This document shows, piece after piece, positions 20,055 to 30,092 of a DNA stretch of 61,066 bases; within the stretch, counting starts at the first letter, position 1; every line of letters starts with the position of its first letter. The notes under the pieces were generated by a model. The model was not told the DNA's origin and made no database searches. It saw nothing but the letters and a program-made list of their open reading frames with translations. The position numbers were made by a program, and so were the translations under genes. Source of the stretch: an uncultured Gammaproteobacteria bacterium (lineage in GTDB: Bacteria; Patescibacteriota; Patescibacteriia; UBA10025; JAHIVO01); assembly GCA_964592105.1 (NCBI GenBank), contig CAZQBL010000017.1, positions 1 through 61,066 on the forward strand, read 5' to 3'.

Positions 20055-21403
20055 TAGGTAATGCTTTTTATGAATCCCACGACCTCCGCGTGCCGCTTTT
20101 TCATGATTTCTTCCGTGTCACCTTCGACGGTGATGCGCAGCAGAGGCTCGGTGTTCGACGGCCGGACGTTGACCCACCAGTCTTTGTATTCCACGGTCAA
20201 GCCGTCCAGTTCGTCCTGTCGGCCATCTCGGTATTTCTCTTTAACTTTGGCGATTACTCCTGGAATATCATTTACTTCTATGTTCGTTTCATCGGCCCGA
20301 GAATAAGGGTTTAGACCGGCAACTATTTCGGATAGCTTTTTATTGTGTTCGGAAATCAACATCAGCAAAATGACAAAGGCGATAAAGCCCGAGTCAGCAT
20401 AAAAATTGTCGCGAAACGAGTAATGGGCCGAAACTTCGCCGCCCATAATACCCTGGCCCTCGCGCATGGCTTTGGCGACATTTACGAATCCGACGGCGCT
20501 TCTTAAAGGTATGCCGCCCCATTCTTTGATGCGTTGAGGCACGGCCTTGCTACAGATGACATTATAGGCAATACCCATCCCCGGGTTGTGTTCGAGAAAA
20601 TATTTAGCTAAGACCATGAGAGTGGTGTCGGCCCTGATAAAATCGCCTTTTTCCGTAACGAAAAAAAGACGATCGGTATCTCCATCCATAATAACTCCAA
20701 AATCCGCTTTTTTTTCTTTGACCGTGGCGCAGATTTGTTTTTGAGATTCCGGCAATAGGGGGTTTGAGGGGTGAGCGGGAAAATTTCCGTCCAGTTCGAA
20801 ATTCAAGGGGATAAGTTCGCAAGGCAGGCGTTGGAAAAGCAGCGGCATTACCTGGCCGGCCATACCGTTGCCGGCATCCACGACTATTTTGAAGGGTTTT
20901 ATTTTTTTAACGTCGGCGAAAGTCATGACATGTTGAATAAATTCTTCCTGGACATCACGCTGGGCGACCAGCCCGGGTTTTTTGGCTGGCTTGAACACTT
21001 TTTCTTTGGTGAGGAATTCATAGAGTTCGGTACCCCTGACGTATTCTAGGCCTTGTTCTGCTTTTTTCATCATTTTGAAACCATTGTATTCTTTGGGGTT
21101 GTGCGAGGCGGTGACCATAATGCCGCTATCATAGTTGTATTTACCCACCGCAAAATAAACCTGGTCGATGGAAACAAGCCCCAAATCATCGACGTTGGCG
21201 CCTTGCGAAGTCAAGCCCTCGATTAATTTTTTGGTAAGTGAGGGTGAGCCGAGCCGCATATCCCTGCCTACTGCCACTTTTTTTGAGCGGGTTAGTTTGA
21301 CATAAGCCTGTCCAACCGCCAAGGCTATGTCTTCATTCAGATCAGTCGGGTATATTCCTCGGATATCGTACGATTTGAATATTTTTGGGTTAAACTCGTT
21401 CAT
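20054..21403 (-). CDS. manB: phosphomannomutase/phosphoglucomutase
   Basis: YDIRG, TASHNP, DGDTDR, GGEVSAH, RPSNTEP. Confidence 0.93.
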   Translation of the reverse strand: MNEFNPKIFKSYDIRGIYPTDLNEDIALAVGQAYVKLTRSKKVAVGRDMRLGSPSLTKKLIEGLTSQGANVDDLGLVSIDQVYFAVGKYNYDSGIMVTASHNPKEYNGFKMMKKAEQGLEYVRGTELYEFLTKEKVFKPAKKPGLVAQRDVQEEFIQHVMTFADVKKIKPFKIVVDAGNGMAGQVMPLLFQRLPCELIPLNFELDGNFPAHPSNPLLPESQKQICATVKEKKADFGVIMDGDTDRLFFVTEKGDFIRADTTLMVLAKYFLEHNPGMGIAYNVICSKAVPQRIKEWGGIPLRSAVGFVNVAKAMREGQGIMGGEVSAHYSFRDNFYADSGFIAFVILLMLISEHNKKLSEIVAGLNPYSRADETNIEVNDIPGVIAKVKEKYRDGRQDELDGLTVEYKDWWVNVRPSNTEPLLRITVEGDTEEIMKKRHAEVVGFIKSIT

Positions 21404-22566
21404 GGTTGTTTGATTATTGGTTTATTTTTTTCTTTAATATAATAGCCCACAGCGCCTAAAAACCAGACGATAGTAAGCAGACTGACGAACATACCGACAA
21501 AACGCAGATTGGAGATGATGAAAAGAATGATGGTGCCGAGGATCATTGCCCAAATTAGCGGTGGTTCTTTGGTCTGATTGTTTTTTTTTCCGCCCAGATG
21601 TTCCAGCAGCCAGAGGCCCAGTGCCGTTCCAGTAATGGTTAACTGGATATACAAGAGTATGACGAAAAGAGCGGTGGCGATCAGAGCCAGAGGTATGCCG
21701 ATGACGGTAATTGACAGAAGAATTATGATTACTGGCACGATTATCAGATATACACTTCCCCAAAGGATAACATGTCCGGGTTCTTCTGACATTCTGGCCG
21801 TGAGTTTTTTTGTAGTATTTTTGAAAACGCTTACCAGAAAGGTACCGACTAATAAAAGTCCGAAAAGACGGATAAGTCGGAAATAAATCCATGAGGATGA
21901 CAGGAATTTGGCTGAGCGTGTAAATTCTTTCGGGAGTTCTTTCCGCAGGGTTTGACCAAAGATCTTGGCGCCGTTATGCAAGGCGGCCTCACGACTGCCA
22001 GTATAGGTGAAATTGCCGTTTATTTTGGTTTTGGGCATGAGAGTGGCCAGCCCATTTTGTCCGAGTTGCAGTGTAGCATTAGTGCCTACGGTATTATTTA
22101 GCGTTATGACATGACCGAAGCCATAGATACTGCCGGCCACCGGCGCCTGGATTGAAATATTCATAGCGGCAAAAGAAAGGCTCCAACCGACACTGGCTTT
22201 GTCTGAAAGCGTGGCGGTCTGCGCGGCGATGTTCACGTTTTTGCCCACGGTATTGCTGAGATCTACAACCGAACCGATAACCCGGACATTGCCGGCGACC
22301 GGGCCGTTGATTATTATGGTTTGGCCGGCGGCCAAAACGTCTCCAGATATCGCGCCATTGATGGTGATGGTATTGCCTAGGGCGATAACATCACCCTTTA
22401 CATCCCCGTCAATAACTACTTGATAGGCATAACGCACGAAGTTGTCATTGACTGTTTCGCCCTTGGGTACCATACCCGTTTCCAGGTAATCAGTGTTGGC
22501 ATATGCAAGCAGCGGTCCACCTAAAGAAATCCCCATAATCGCTAAAAAAACTAACCCTTTTTTCAT
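21400..22566 (-). CDS. membrane protein with N-terminal bactofilin-like (polymer-forming) beta-helix repeats
   Basis: Signal peptide, repeated I.G.V.GDV.A.G..I.I.G units, about five C-terminal TM helices. Confidence 0.8.
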   Translation of the reverse strand: MKKGLVFLAIMGISLGGPLLAYANTDYLETGMVPKGETVNDNFVRYAYQVVIDGDVKGDVIALGNTITINGAISGDVLAAGQTIIINGPVAGNVRVIGSVVDLSNTVGKNVNIAAQTATLSDKASVGWSLSFAAMNISIQAPVAGSIYGFGHVITLNNTVGTNATLQLGQNGLATLMPKTKINGNFTYTGSREAALHNGAKIFGQTLRKELPKEFTRSAKFLSSSWIYFRLIRLFGLLLVGTFLVSVFKNTTKKLTARMSEEPGHVILWGSVYLIIVPVIIILLSITVIGIPLALIATALFVILLYIQLTITGTALGLWLLEHLGGKKNNQTKEPPLIWAMILGTIILFIISNLRFVGMFVSLLTIVWFLGAVGYYIKEKNKPIIKQP

Positions 22567-22618
22567 AATGCTAGAGTTAATGATATTGACTATAATTTAG
22601 CATTTTTGCAGATTTTTT

Positions 22619-23338
22619 TCAAGATTTACGAGCAATAGTGATTAGGTTGAATCCCGAGTACCAGTGGGCCAGTTGACCCTTAATCGTGTAATATTGTTTT
22701 TCCACTGTAAAGCCATTTTGTGCCAGTAATGTTCGTAATTCTCCAGGCCAAAATCCGTGGATATAGCGTTTATCGACTATGCGTCCCTGTCCATCTTTCC
22801 AGAGCTTCCAGAGGCTGCCAAAATCAATGGGGATTTGCTTAAAGATTTTTTTCAGTAAAATGCGGATATGAGCTGACCACCAGCGGGGAGTCCACAGGTT
22901 CCAATTTAATAAAATGAGGTACCCGTCTTTTTTGCAGACTCGTCGCATCTCCGTCAAAGCTTGTCGGCGTAATGTTTGGCCGGCTAGATGATGCAGGGTA
23001 GCTATGCAGAATATGATATTGAACTTTTCCTCCGGAAAAGGTAAGGTAGTGATATCGCTGAAGATAAATGTACGATCAGGATACTGTTTTTTAGCGATAG
23101 CAATTAAGGCCTTGCTAAAATCAATTCCAGTATAGCTAATTTTTTTATCCCTTAGCACGTCCAGTAGCCGGCCATTACCACACCCGGCGTCCAAAAGTGC
23201 ATCGCCATCATTGACGTATGACACGATATCACGGAATTCAGACCAGGGTAGGGAACGGGTAGAAGAAAATTGTTCGGCGATAGTGTCATAGGTTCGGCGA
23301 TTTGCCTCATTAAATTTTTTCGCTGTTTCATCTTTCAT
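22619..23338 (-). CDS. class I SAM methyltransferase, Trm9/ALKBH8-like
   Basis: YDTIAEQFSSTR..PW, LDAGCGNGR, IFCIATLHHL, RRQAL.EMRRV.K.DG...L.NW, RYIH.F...EL, which parallel the Trm9 motifs. Confidence 0.8.
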   Translation of the reverse strand: MKDETAKKFNEANRRTYDTIAEQFSSTRSLPWSEFRDIVSYVNDGDALLDAGCGNGRLLDVLRDKKISYTGIDFSKALIAIAKKQYPDRTFIFSDITTLPFPEEKFNIIFCIATLHHLAGQTLRRQALTEMRRVCKKDGYLILLNWNLWTPRWWSAHIRILLKKIFKQIPIDFGSLWKLWKDGQGRIVDKRYIHGFWPGELRTLLAQNGFTVEKQYYTIKGQLAHWYSGFNLITIARKS

Positions 23339-24946
23339 ATGCCTGATTTAATTTCAAAAAAATATATTCAGGATCTGGTAAAAGCGCGTCCCGAAACTGC
23401 TGAAGATTTGCGGCAAATTAAACGCATTCTAGCAACCAAGTATAAAGTTACAATCATTACCAACGCCCTCATCTTAAAGAAATATCGACAGTATTTCAAG
23501 GGCAGATTAGACGATCGTTTACTACGTTTACTGCGTAAGCGGGAGATTCGCACGCTGTCCGGTGTAGCTCCGGTGACAGTGCTGACTAAGCCGTATCCCT
23601 GCCCGGGACGGTGCGTTTATTGCCCGACGGAGGCACGTATGCCTAAAAGTTATATTGCCACCGAACCGGCAGCCCAGCGGGCGTTTTTACTGAAGTTTGA
23701 TCCGTATAAGCAGGTTAAGGCGCGCATTGAGACTTTGGAAGCCAATGGTCACAGTGCCGATAAAATTGAATTGATTGTTCTTGGCGGCACCTGGTCTTAT
23801 TATAAAAAAAAATACCAGACCTGGTTTATCAAAAGATGCTTTGAGGCAGCGAATGACCGGAAATCGAGGACATTGGTCCAAGCACAGAAGATTAATGAAA
23901 CGGCTAAGCATCGGATTATTGGTTTAACCCTGGAAACACGGCCGGACTATGTGACTGTGGACGAATTATGGCGGATGCGGGAGCTCGGCTGCACTCATGT
24001 ACAGATTGGAGTGCAAACCCTTGACCATGAGATTCTGGATTTGACCAAGCGTGACGATTCCATTATCAATGTCGGCCGGGCAACGATGCTGCTGCGGGAT
24101 TTTGGTTTTAAACTGACCTATCACCTCATGCCCGGATTACCGGGAGCGACGCCGCAAAAAGATTTAGCAACCTTTAAAAAAGTTTTTTCCGACCCGCGAT
24201 TTCAGCCTGATATGCTGAAAATCTACCCCTGCGTGGTGGTCAAGACCGCTTTACTGTACCAGTGGTATAAAGACGGCAGATATAAACCCTACGACGATAA
24301 AACACTGACTGATTTATTGATCAAAATCAAAAAATATATTCCGCCATATGTGAGGATTAATCGTTTGATTCGAGATATTTCTGGCGATGAAATTGTGGCC
24401 GGCAATATGATTACTAATCTGCGCCAACTGTTGCATGAGCGCGGTATAGTCTGTCATTGTATCCGTTGCCGGGAAGCACGTAAAGCGATTATTAAAGAAA
24501 ACGAAACGAAATTGGTGATGCGTGCTTACCGGGCTGGACGGGGCACAGAGCATTTTATCAGTTTTGAAAGCAAGGATAAAAAGAAATTGTATGCCTTTGT
24601 CCGCCTGCGTTTGCCGGACCGGAAAAAACGGAAATTGAGCACCATGAAAGTAATTCGGTTTTTTGATAAACAAGAAATCACCATGACTGGCAATGAGATG
24701 GCTTTTGATATTGATACGGCCTTGATCCGAGAATTGCATACCTATGGCGAATTGATTCCGGTGGGCTCAAAGAAAACGGCGGTACAACATGCTGGATTGG
24801 GAAAGAGATTGTTATTGGCAGCTGAGGATATTGCGCGAAAAAAAGGGTATAAAAAAATGGCGATAATTTCCGGGGTTGGAGTGAGGGAATATTATAAAAA
24901 ATTGGGCTACAGTTTGGAACGGAGCTATATGGTAAAGAGAATATAA
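23339..24946 (+). CDS. elp3: Elp3 family tRNA uridine(34) acetyltransferase (radical SAM + KAT)
   Basis: RTLSGVAPV, CPGRCVYC, GGTW, ETRPD, QIGVQ, HLMPGLPG, KIYP, RELHTYG, QHAGLG..LL..AE, ISGVGVREYY; ATG 23339. Confidence 0.95.
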   Translation: MPDLISKKYIQDLVKARPETAEDLRQIKRILATKYKVTIITNALILKKYRQYFKGRLDDRLLRLLRKREIRTLSGVAPVTVLTKPYPCPGRCVYCPTEARMPKSYIATEPAAQRAFLLKFDPYKQVKARIETLEANGHSADKIELIVLGGTWSYYKKKYQTWFIKRCFEAANDRKSRTLVQAQKINETAKHRIIGLTLETRPDYVTVDELWRMRELGCTHVQIGVQTLDHEILDLTKRDDSIINVGRATMLLRDFGFKLTYHLMPGLPGATPQKDLATFKKVFSDPRFQPDMLKIYPCVVVKTALLYQWYKDGRYKPYDDKTLTDLLIKIKKYIPPYVRINRLIRDISGDEIVAGNMITNLRQLLHERGIVCHCIRCREARKAIIKENETKLVMRAYRAGRGTEHFISFESKDKKKLYAFVRLRLPDRKKRKLSTMKVIRFFDKQEITMTGNEMAFDIDTALIRELHTYGELIPVGSKKTAVQHAGLGKRLLLAAEDIARKKGYKKMAIISGVGVREYYKKLGYSLERSYMVKRI

Positions 24947-25210
24947 TGAGAAAAGTTTTGTTTCTTATAAGTTTTACAATAAAATACGCTACTCCGTTAT
25001 AAAGCATAGATAGAAACGAACACAAGAATAGACAAATAGAATTCAAAAACAATGCCTTGAAAAGTAAATGCTTCATGCTTCGGGGAATTAAATGATGTGT
25101 TGTATGAATTATTCAAGAAAATAACAAAATCAGGTAAAAGATGCAAAATAGTTTTATTAATTAAAAAACCGTGAATAAAATTCATTAATGGTTTTTTTGT
25201 TCGGGCGCGA

Positions 25211-25758
25211 TCAGTCACAATTATTGTTGGCGTTTTTCCACTGTTTTTCGTGCCAAATGCGGAATTCAATCGGTTTCAGGCCATTTTCGATTTTCACATG
25301 GCCTTTGAAATCATCGTGGTATTTGGATTTTTTGACCTCAATGTTGGCTTCAAAAAAGTTGTCGCAAAAAACAGTTGGTAGGACAAACTTGGCATTGTCG
25401 GCATGGTCGGTTTTTCCCCAGCGTGTATAGTTGGACAGGCAGGTCCCCATGAGAGTTCTTCGCTAAACTTGTCTCTGACGTAGAAGGTTACACGGATTTT
25501 GGCATCCTTAACCGGCTGATTGAGAGCGTCATGGATGGTGACAAAGAAAGCGGTTTTGTCCGGCATTGATTCTGGATAGTCGTACTTCACTTCCGGACGC
25601 TTGTGTTCGCCCTGGCGTCTTTTCTGTTTGGACGTGAGGTTAGATTTTTCCTGAAAGTTATTTGATTGATAGTAGTTTTGGTTCGAACCTTCGCGGGTCA
25701 GGCAAGAAAAAGCCAGGCCGGCAACTATGATTCATAGAATAGAAAAACGTTTGAACAT
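25211..25758 (-). pseudogene. degenerate lipoprotein gene
   Basis: SD AAGGAAGAGGG, then MFKRFSIL*IIVAGLAFSC (TGA at codon 9, 25732-25734; lipobox); frameshift in the G-run near 25447-25450 joins ORFs 25294-25590 and 25211-25450. Confidence 0.7.
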
Positions 25759-26104
25759 CCCTCTTCCTTGATAATAGTTGATAAAAGGTTCAGAAAAGTT
25801 CAGTTCATTGTGTATTATTTAATAATATTGTCAACTCAACTCTCTATATAGTTAATTTTGTGGGCCGGGACGAGTCTTCAAATTATATATGATTAAAGAT
25901 TTTCTGTGATGCTTGCACTTGACAAGAATACATAATTGGTATAAAAGCATAAGTAGAGACAAAAATTGAATCATTAAATAAAAAAAGGAAAAAGGAGGAA
26001 AAAGGACTTTGAAAATTGGATTCTTGAAGATTTTTAGGTTTTTTGCTGTGCGTTAAGGAAGTAAGGAAGGAAGAAATGAAGAAAATAAAGGAAAGAGGTG
26101 ACAC

Positions 26105-28423
26105 ATGAAAAAGATTACATTATTAATGTTTGTAGGGCTGTTCATGTTGATCGGGTATATAGGCATAGCGGAGGCATTGGTTTTTACAAACAGTTGCCTT
26201 TGGACGGACATTTGGGACGTCGATGTAAGCGGGGACTACGCTTATTGCATCGGACCCTATGGTTTGCAGGTGTTGAATATTTCGAATCCTGCTTTCCCAA
26301 CGCTGGTGGCAAGGCTAATGTTGCAACAAACGCCTTTGCGGGTTGGTGGTTATAACTACCTGGTAGCCACTTTTGGTATAGATGTTGAAGGCACTAAAGC
26401 CTATGTGGCAAATTGGGACGGGAACGGTCATGGTACTTTACATATTATTGACGTTAGCGATCCTTCTCATCCCCAATTATTGTCTAGCCTTAAGCGCAAT
26501 CATTATGCCAGTGATATAAAAGTTGCTGGCGGGTATGCGTATGTGGCCCAGACATACAGCGGTTTGATGGTCTATAATGTCAGCAACCCTAGTTCGCCGG
26601 TAGTGGCGGGGAGTTACCCAACTCTTTATGCTCAAGGTGTAGCACTGACCGGAGAATATGCTTACGTAGCCGATGGCAGTACTGGACTGAAAATAATAAA
26701 CATTTCAAATCCCACCCAGCCGACACTAATTGGCAATTGTGATACACCGGATGAAGCCATCAAGGTTTGTGTCCAGGGTAATTTTGCCTATGTGGCCGAT
26801 AACCGTTCGGATGGACAAAGGGCCGGCTTACAGATAATTGACATTTCCATACCAACCGCGCCTGTTATAGTCGGTAGTTTAGACACAAGATTTAATGCTG
26901 TTGATGTAGCAGTATCGGGCAATTATTGTTATGTAGTGGATATATATGACAATCTTTTGATTGTTGATGTTACTAATCCTACGGCCCCGCGTCTAATTAC
27001 CACGTTTGATGAAGTCCCTAATGTTTCCTGCAGCATAGTGCTTTCGAGTAGCCATGCTTTTGTGGCGGGTGCCATGGGAGGCGGTTTGCAGATTATCAAT
27101 GTCACCAACCCGAGCATACCGTCTCTTGTTGGTTACTACGAAACTCCGGGCCAGATTAAAAGTGTGGCTTTTAAAGGACATTATGCTTATGTGACCGATG
27201 GTTTTCAAGGAGGATTAAGGATAGTGGATGTGGTAAATCCTTATCGTCCAGTTGAGGTAGGTGCTGTCAAAACGCCGGACCAAGCCAATGATATAGCGAT
27301 CTTCGGGCATTATGCTTTTATCGCTGACAGGTATTCTGGCGTACAGATTGTGGATATTAATGATTCTGAACATCCCTTGATTGTTAGTAGTGTGTTGATT
27401 CCTGGTAGCCAGTCTTGGGCATTTGGAGTGGCCGTTTTGGGTGATTATCTCTATGTCGGCGCAACTTCGAGAGGTTTACAGGTTATTAATATCTCAAATC
27501 CTCTAGAACCAACTTTGGCTGGTTATATAGAAACTCCTGGATTAGCGGGGCGTTTGGCGGTCAAGGATAGTTTGGCGTTCGTTACTTATTGGGGGGCACA
27601 GAAGGGACTATCGATAATTGATATAACAAATCCTTACGCCCCGACACTGGTTAATAACTATCCGACGTCCAGCGGTGCCTATGAAGTAGCCGTGGATGGT
27701 AATTATGTCTATTTAGGAGGTGATGATTTCGGCCTATTAATCCTTGATGTTTCAAGTCCCGCCTCACCGATTCTAGTAGGAACATACAACAACAATCAGC
27801 AGGATATTTGGGGTATAAAAGTGCAAGGAGATTCTCTTTTCATCTCGGATATTAGTAAAGGCCTGACAATTCTGGGTATAGCAGATCGCTCATCTCCTGT
27901 ACTGCTAGACACTATTAGCACCCGTGGCCAGGCATTTGATGTCGCCGTTGGTGGTAACTTTGTGTACGTGGCTGATTTATATGGGATGTCAATTTTTTCC
28001 TTTTGTCTAGACACTGATGGTGATGGAGTGTGCGATTCATTTGACAACTGTCCAATTACTTACAATCCCAATCAGTCTGATATAAACGGCAACGGCATCG
28101 GTGATGCCTGCGAATTGTACGCTTACCTGCCTGGCGACGCCAATATGTACGTGGGTATGTGGCCACCCGCAGTCACTAGTGCTGACGTTACGTACCTAGT
28201 AGGTTATTTCCGTGGTCTCAACTATCCGTGTCTCTTGGATACATTCTTCTGTACTGCCGACATTAATGGAGATTGTCATGTAAATGGCGCTGACGTTACT
28301 AGGCTGGTGAGATATTTCAAAGGATTAAACGGGATAACCCCATGTCCTAATTATCCATCGGCTTGGCCACCTTTGCCGGATGAAGCTCCGGCTGGTTGGC
28401 CTGATTGTGAAACTTCTCGTTAG
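26105..28423 (+). CDS. secreted LVIVD-repeat (beta-propeller) protein with thrombospondin type-3 repeats and C-terminal dockerin-like domain
   Basis: Signal peptide; about 14 repeats of V.V.G.YAYVAD...GL.IIDISNP..P..VG; DTDGDGVCDSFDNCP..NP.QSD.NGNGIGDAC; duplicated GDAN..ADVTYLVGYF / ADINGDCHVNGADVTRLVRYF. Confidence 0.9.
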   Translation: MKKITLLMFVGLFMLIGYIGIAEALVFTNSCLWTDIWDVDVSGDYAYCIGPYGLQVLNISNPAFPTLVARLMLQQTPLRVGGYNYLVATFGIDVEGTKAYVANWDGNGHGTLHIIDVSDPSHPQLLSSLKRNHYASDIKVAGGYAYVAQTYSGLMVYNVSNPSSPVVAGSYPTLYAQGVALTGEYAYVADGSTGLKIINISNPTQPTLIGNCDTPDEAIKVCVQGNFAYVADNRSDGQRAGLQIIDISIPTAPVIVGSLDTRFNAVDVAVSGNYCYVVDIYDNLLIVDVTNPTAPRLITTFDEVPNVSCSIVLSSSHAFVAGAMGGGLQIINVTNPSIPSLVGYYETPGQIKSVAFKGHYAYVTDGFQGGLRIVDVVNPYRPVEVGAVKTPDQANDIAIFGHYAFIADRYSGVQIVDINDSEHPLIVSSVLIPGSQSWAFGVAVLGDYLYVGATSRGLQVINISNPLEPTLAGYIETPGLAGRLAVKDSLAFVTYWGAQKGLSIIDITNPYAPTLVNNYPTSSGAYEVAVDGNYVYLGGDDFGLLILDVSSPASPILVGTYNNNQQDIWGIKVQGDSLFISDISKGLTILGIADRSSPVLLDTISTRGQAFDVAVGGNFVYVADLYGMSIFSFCLDTDGDGVCDSFDNCPITYNPNQSDINGNGIGDACELYAYLPGDANMYVGMWPPAVTSADVTYLVGYFRGLNYPCLLDTFFCTADINGDCHVNGADVTRLVRYFKGLNGITPCPNYPSAWPPLPDEAPAGWPDCETSR

Positions 28424-28445
28424 AGAATCAATAAAATTGAACATA

Positions 28446-28480
28446 CCCCCGGTTTTGAGGAAATCGGGGGCAATTTTTTA
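28446..28480 (+). terminator. intrinsic terminator
   Basis: CCCCCGGTTT/AAATCGGGGG stem plus T-rich tail. Confidence 0.6.
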
Positions 28481-28780
28481 TTTAAAATAAAGACATCTAA
28501 AAAAGAATTATTATAAGCCCTTGGTCTATTAACTAAACACAAGTCAAGGCCAATTTATCAAAAAGTCTAGAATGGGTATATATAATGTTATAATATATGT
28601 CTTGATATTTTTATTAGGTTAGTTTGACAAAAAATATCATTCATTATTCGTTCTGAGATATAAGGTTTGCAGAAAGTATTTAAATAATAATCTAATCTCC
28701 TACAATTATTAGGATCGCACCCTTCGAATTTTATGATGCGTGTTTTTGCTTCATTTTAATTTTTAACGTACAATAAAAAC

Positions 28781-30070
28781 ATGAAAATACTAAAACAACA
28801 AGACAAGGCCTTATACGAGGCTATGCTAAATGAACTAAAGCGACAGCAAGATGGTCTAGAGATGATTCCCTCAGAAAACTATGTTTCCGAAGCTGTTTTG
28901 GAGACACTCGGATCAGTTTTAACCAATAAGTATTCTGAAGGTTACCCGGGTAAGCGCTACTACGGAGGTAACCAATTTATTGATGTGGTGGAGAATCTGG
29001 CTTGCGAGCGGGCCAAGAAACTGTTTGGGGTGGAACACGCCAATGTCCAACCCTACTCTGGTTCCCCAGCCAATCAGGCAGTTTATTACGCTTTATTGGA
29101 GCCGGGGGATAAGGTCATGGGTTTGAGTTTGCCTCATGGCGGGCACCTAACACACGGCTGGAAGGTCAGTTTTTCCGGCCGGTATTATCATTCTGTGCCA
29201 TATGGCGTAGACAAAGAGACTCATCTAATTAATTATGACGAGGTCTTAGAAGTGGCTAAAAAAGAGAAACCGAAGCTGATCATTGCCGGGGCTACCGCCT
29301 ATCCGCGAGAGTTTGATTTTAAGGCTTTCGGTCAAATCGCTCACGAAGTCGGAGCTTACTTATTGACTGATATTGCCCATATCGCTGGTCTTATAATCGC
29401 TGGAGTACATCAGTCTCCGGTTGATTTTGCCGATGTAATTACAACAACGACCCATAAAACACTGCGGGGTCCCAGAGGCGCCATGATTTTGTGTCCTAAA
29501 AACGTCGACCGGCTCAAAGAGAAATATCATCCTGATACCAAATGGAATTTGTCTGAATTAATAGACCGAGCAGTGTTTCCGGGTTTGCAGGGCGGTCCGC
29601 ACAATCATCAGACTGCGGCTATTGCCGTGGCTCTGAAAGAGGCCTCCACTTCGGAATTCAAGCATTACGGTGAGCAGATAGTAAAAAACGCTAAAGCCCT
29701 GGCTAGTAAGCTTTTAGAGTACGGCTTCAGTTTAGTTACCGGCGGCACTGATAATCATTTGGTTTTGATTGATTTGACCAACAAGAACATCACTGGACAG
29801 GAAGCGGAAACAGTATTGGATGAAGTTGGCATAACGGTGAACAAGAATACGATTCCGTTTGATCCGCGTAAGCCGATGGATCCGTCAGGCATTCGCCTGG
29901 GCACCCCAGCTTTGACTACGCGGGGGTTCAAGGAGGAAGATATGGCCGTGGTGGCGGACCTGATCGCAAAAACGATTCATAACTTTAAGAAAGAATTGGT
30001 CAAGGAAGAAGTGAAGAAGAAGGTGAAAGAGTTGACCCGGAAACGCCCTATTTATACGGGGCTGATGTAA
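28781..30070 (+). CDS. glyA: serine hydroxymethyltransferase
   Basis: [46 protein letters not shown]. Confidence 0.99.
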   Translation: MKILKQQDKALYEAMLNELKRQQDGLEMIPSENYVSEAVLETLGSVLTNKYSEGYPGKRYYGGNQFIDVVENLACERAKKLFGVEHANVQPYSGSPANQAVYYALLEPGDKVMGLSLPHGGHLTHGWKVSFSGRYYHSVPYGVDKETHLINYDEVLEVAKKEKPKLIIAGATAYPREFDFKAFGQIAHEVGAYLLTDIAHIAGLIIAGVHQSPVDFADVITTTTHKTLRGPRGAMILCPKNVDRLKEKYHPDTKWNLSELIDRAVFPGLQGGPHNHQTAAIAVALKEASTSEFKHYGEQIVKNAKALASKLLEYGFSLVTGGTDNHLVLIDLTNKNITGQEAETVLDEVGITVNKNTIPFDPRKPMDPSGIRLGTPALTTRGFKEEDMAVVADLIAKTIHNFKKELVKEEVKKKVKELTRKRPIYTGLM

Positions 30071-30092
30071 ATAATTAAGGGAAGCGTTGTTT

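Noticed and set aside
28480-28780. Possible ZTP or THF riboswitch upstream of glyA
   Set aside because: No recognisable consensus; only an AT-rich promoter-like sequence
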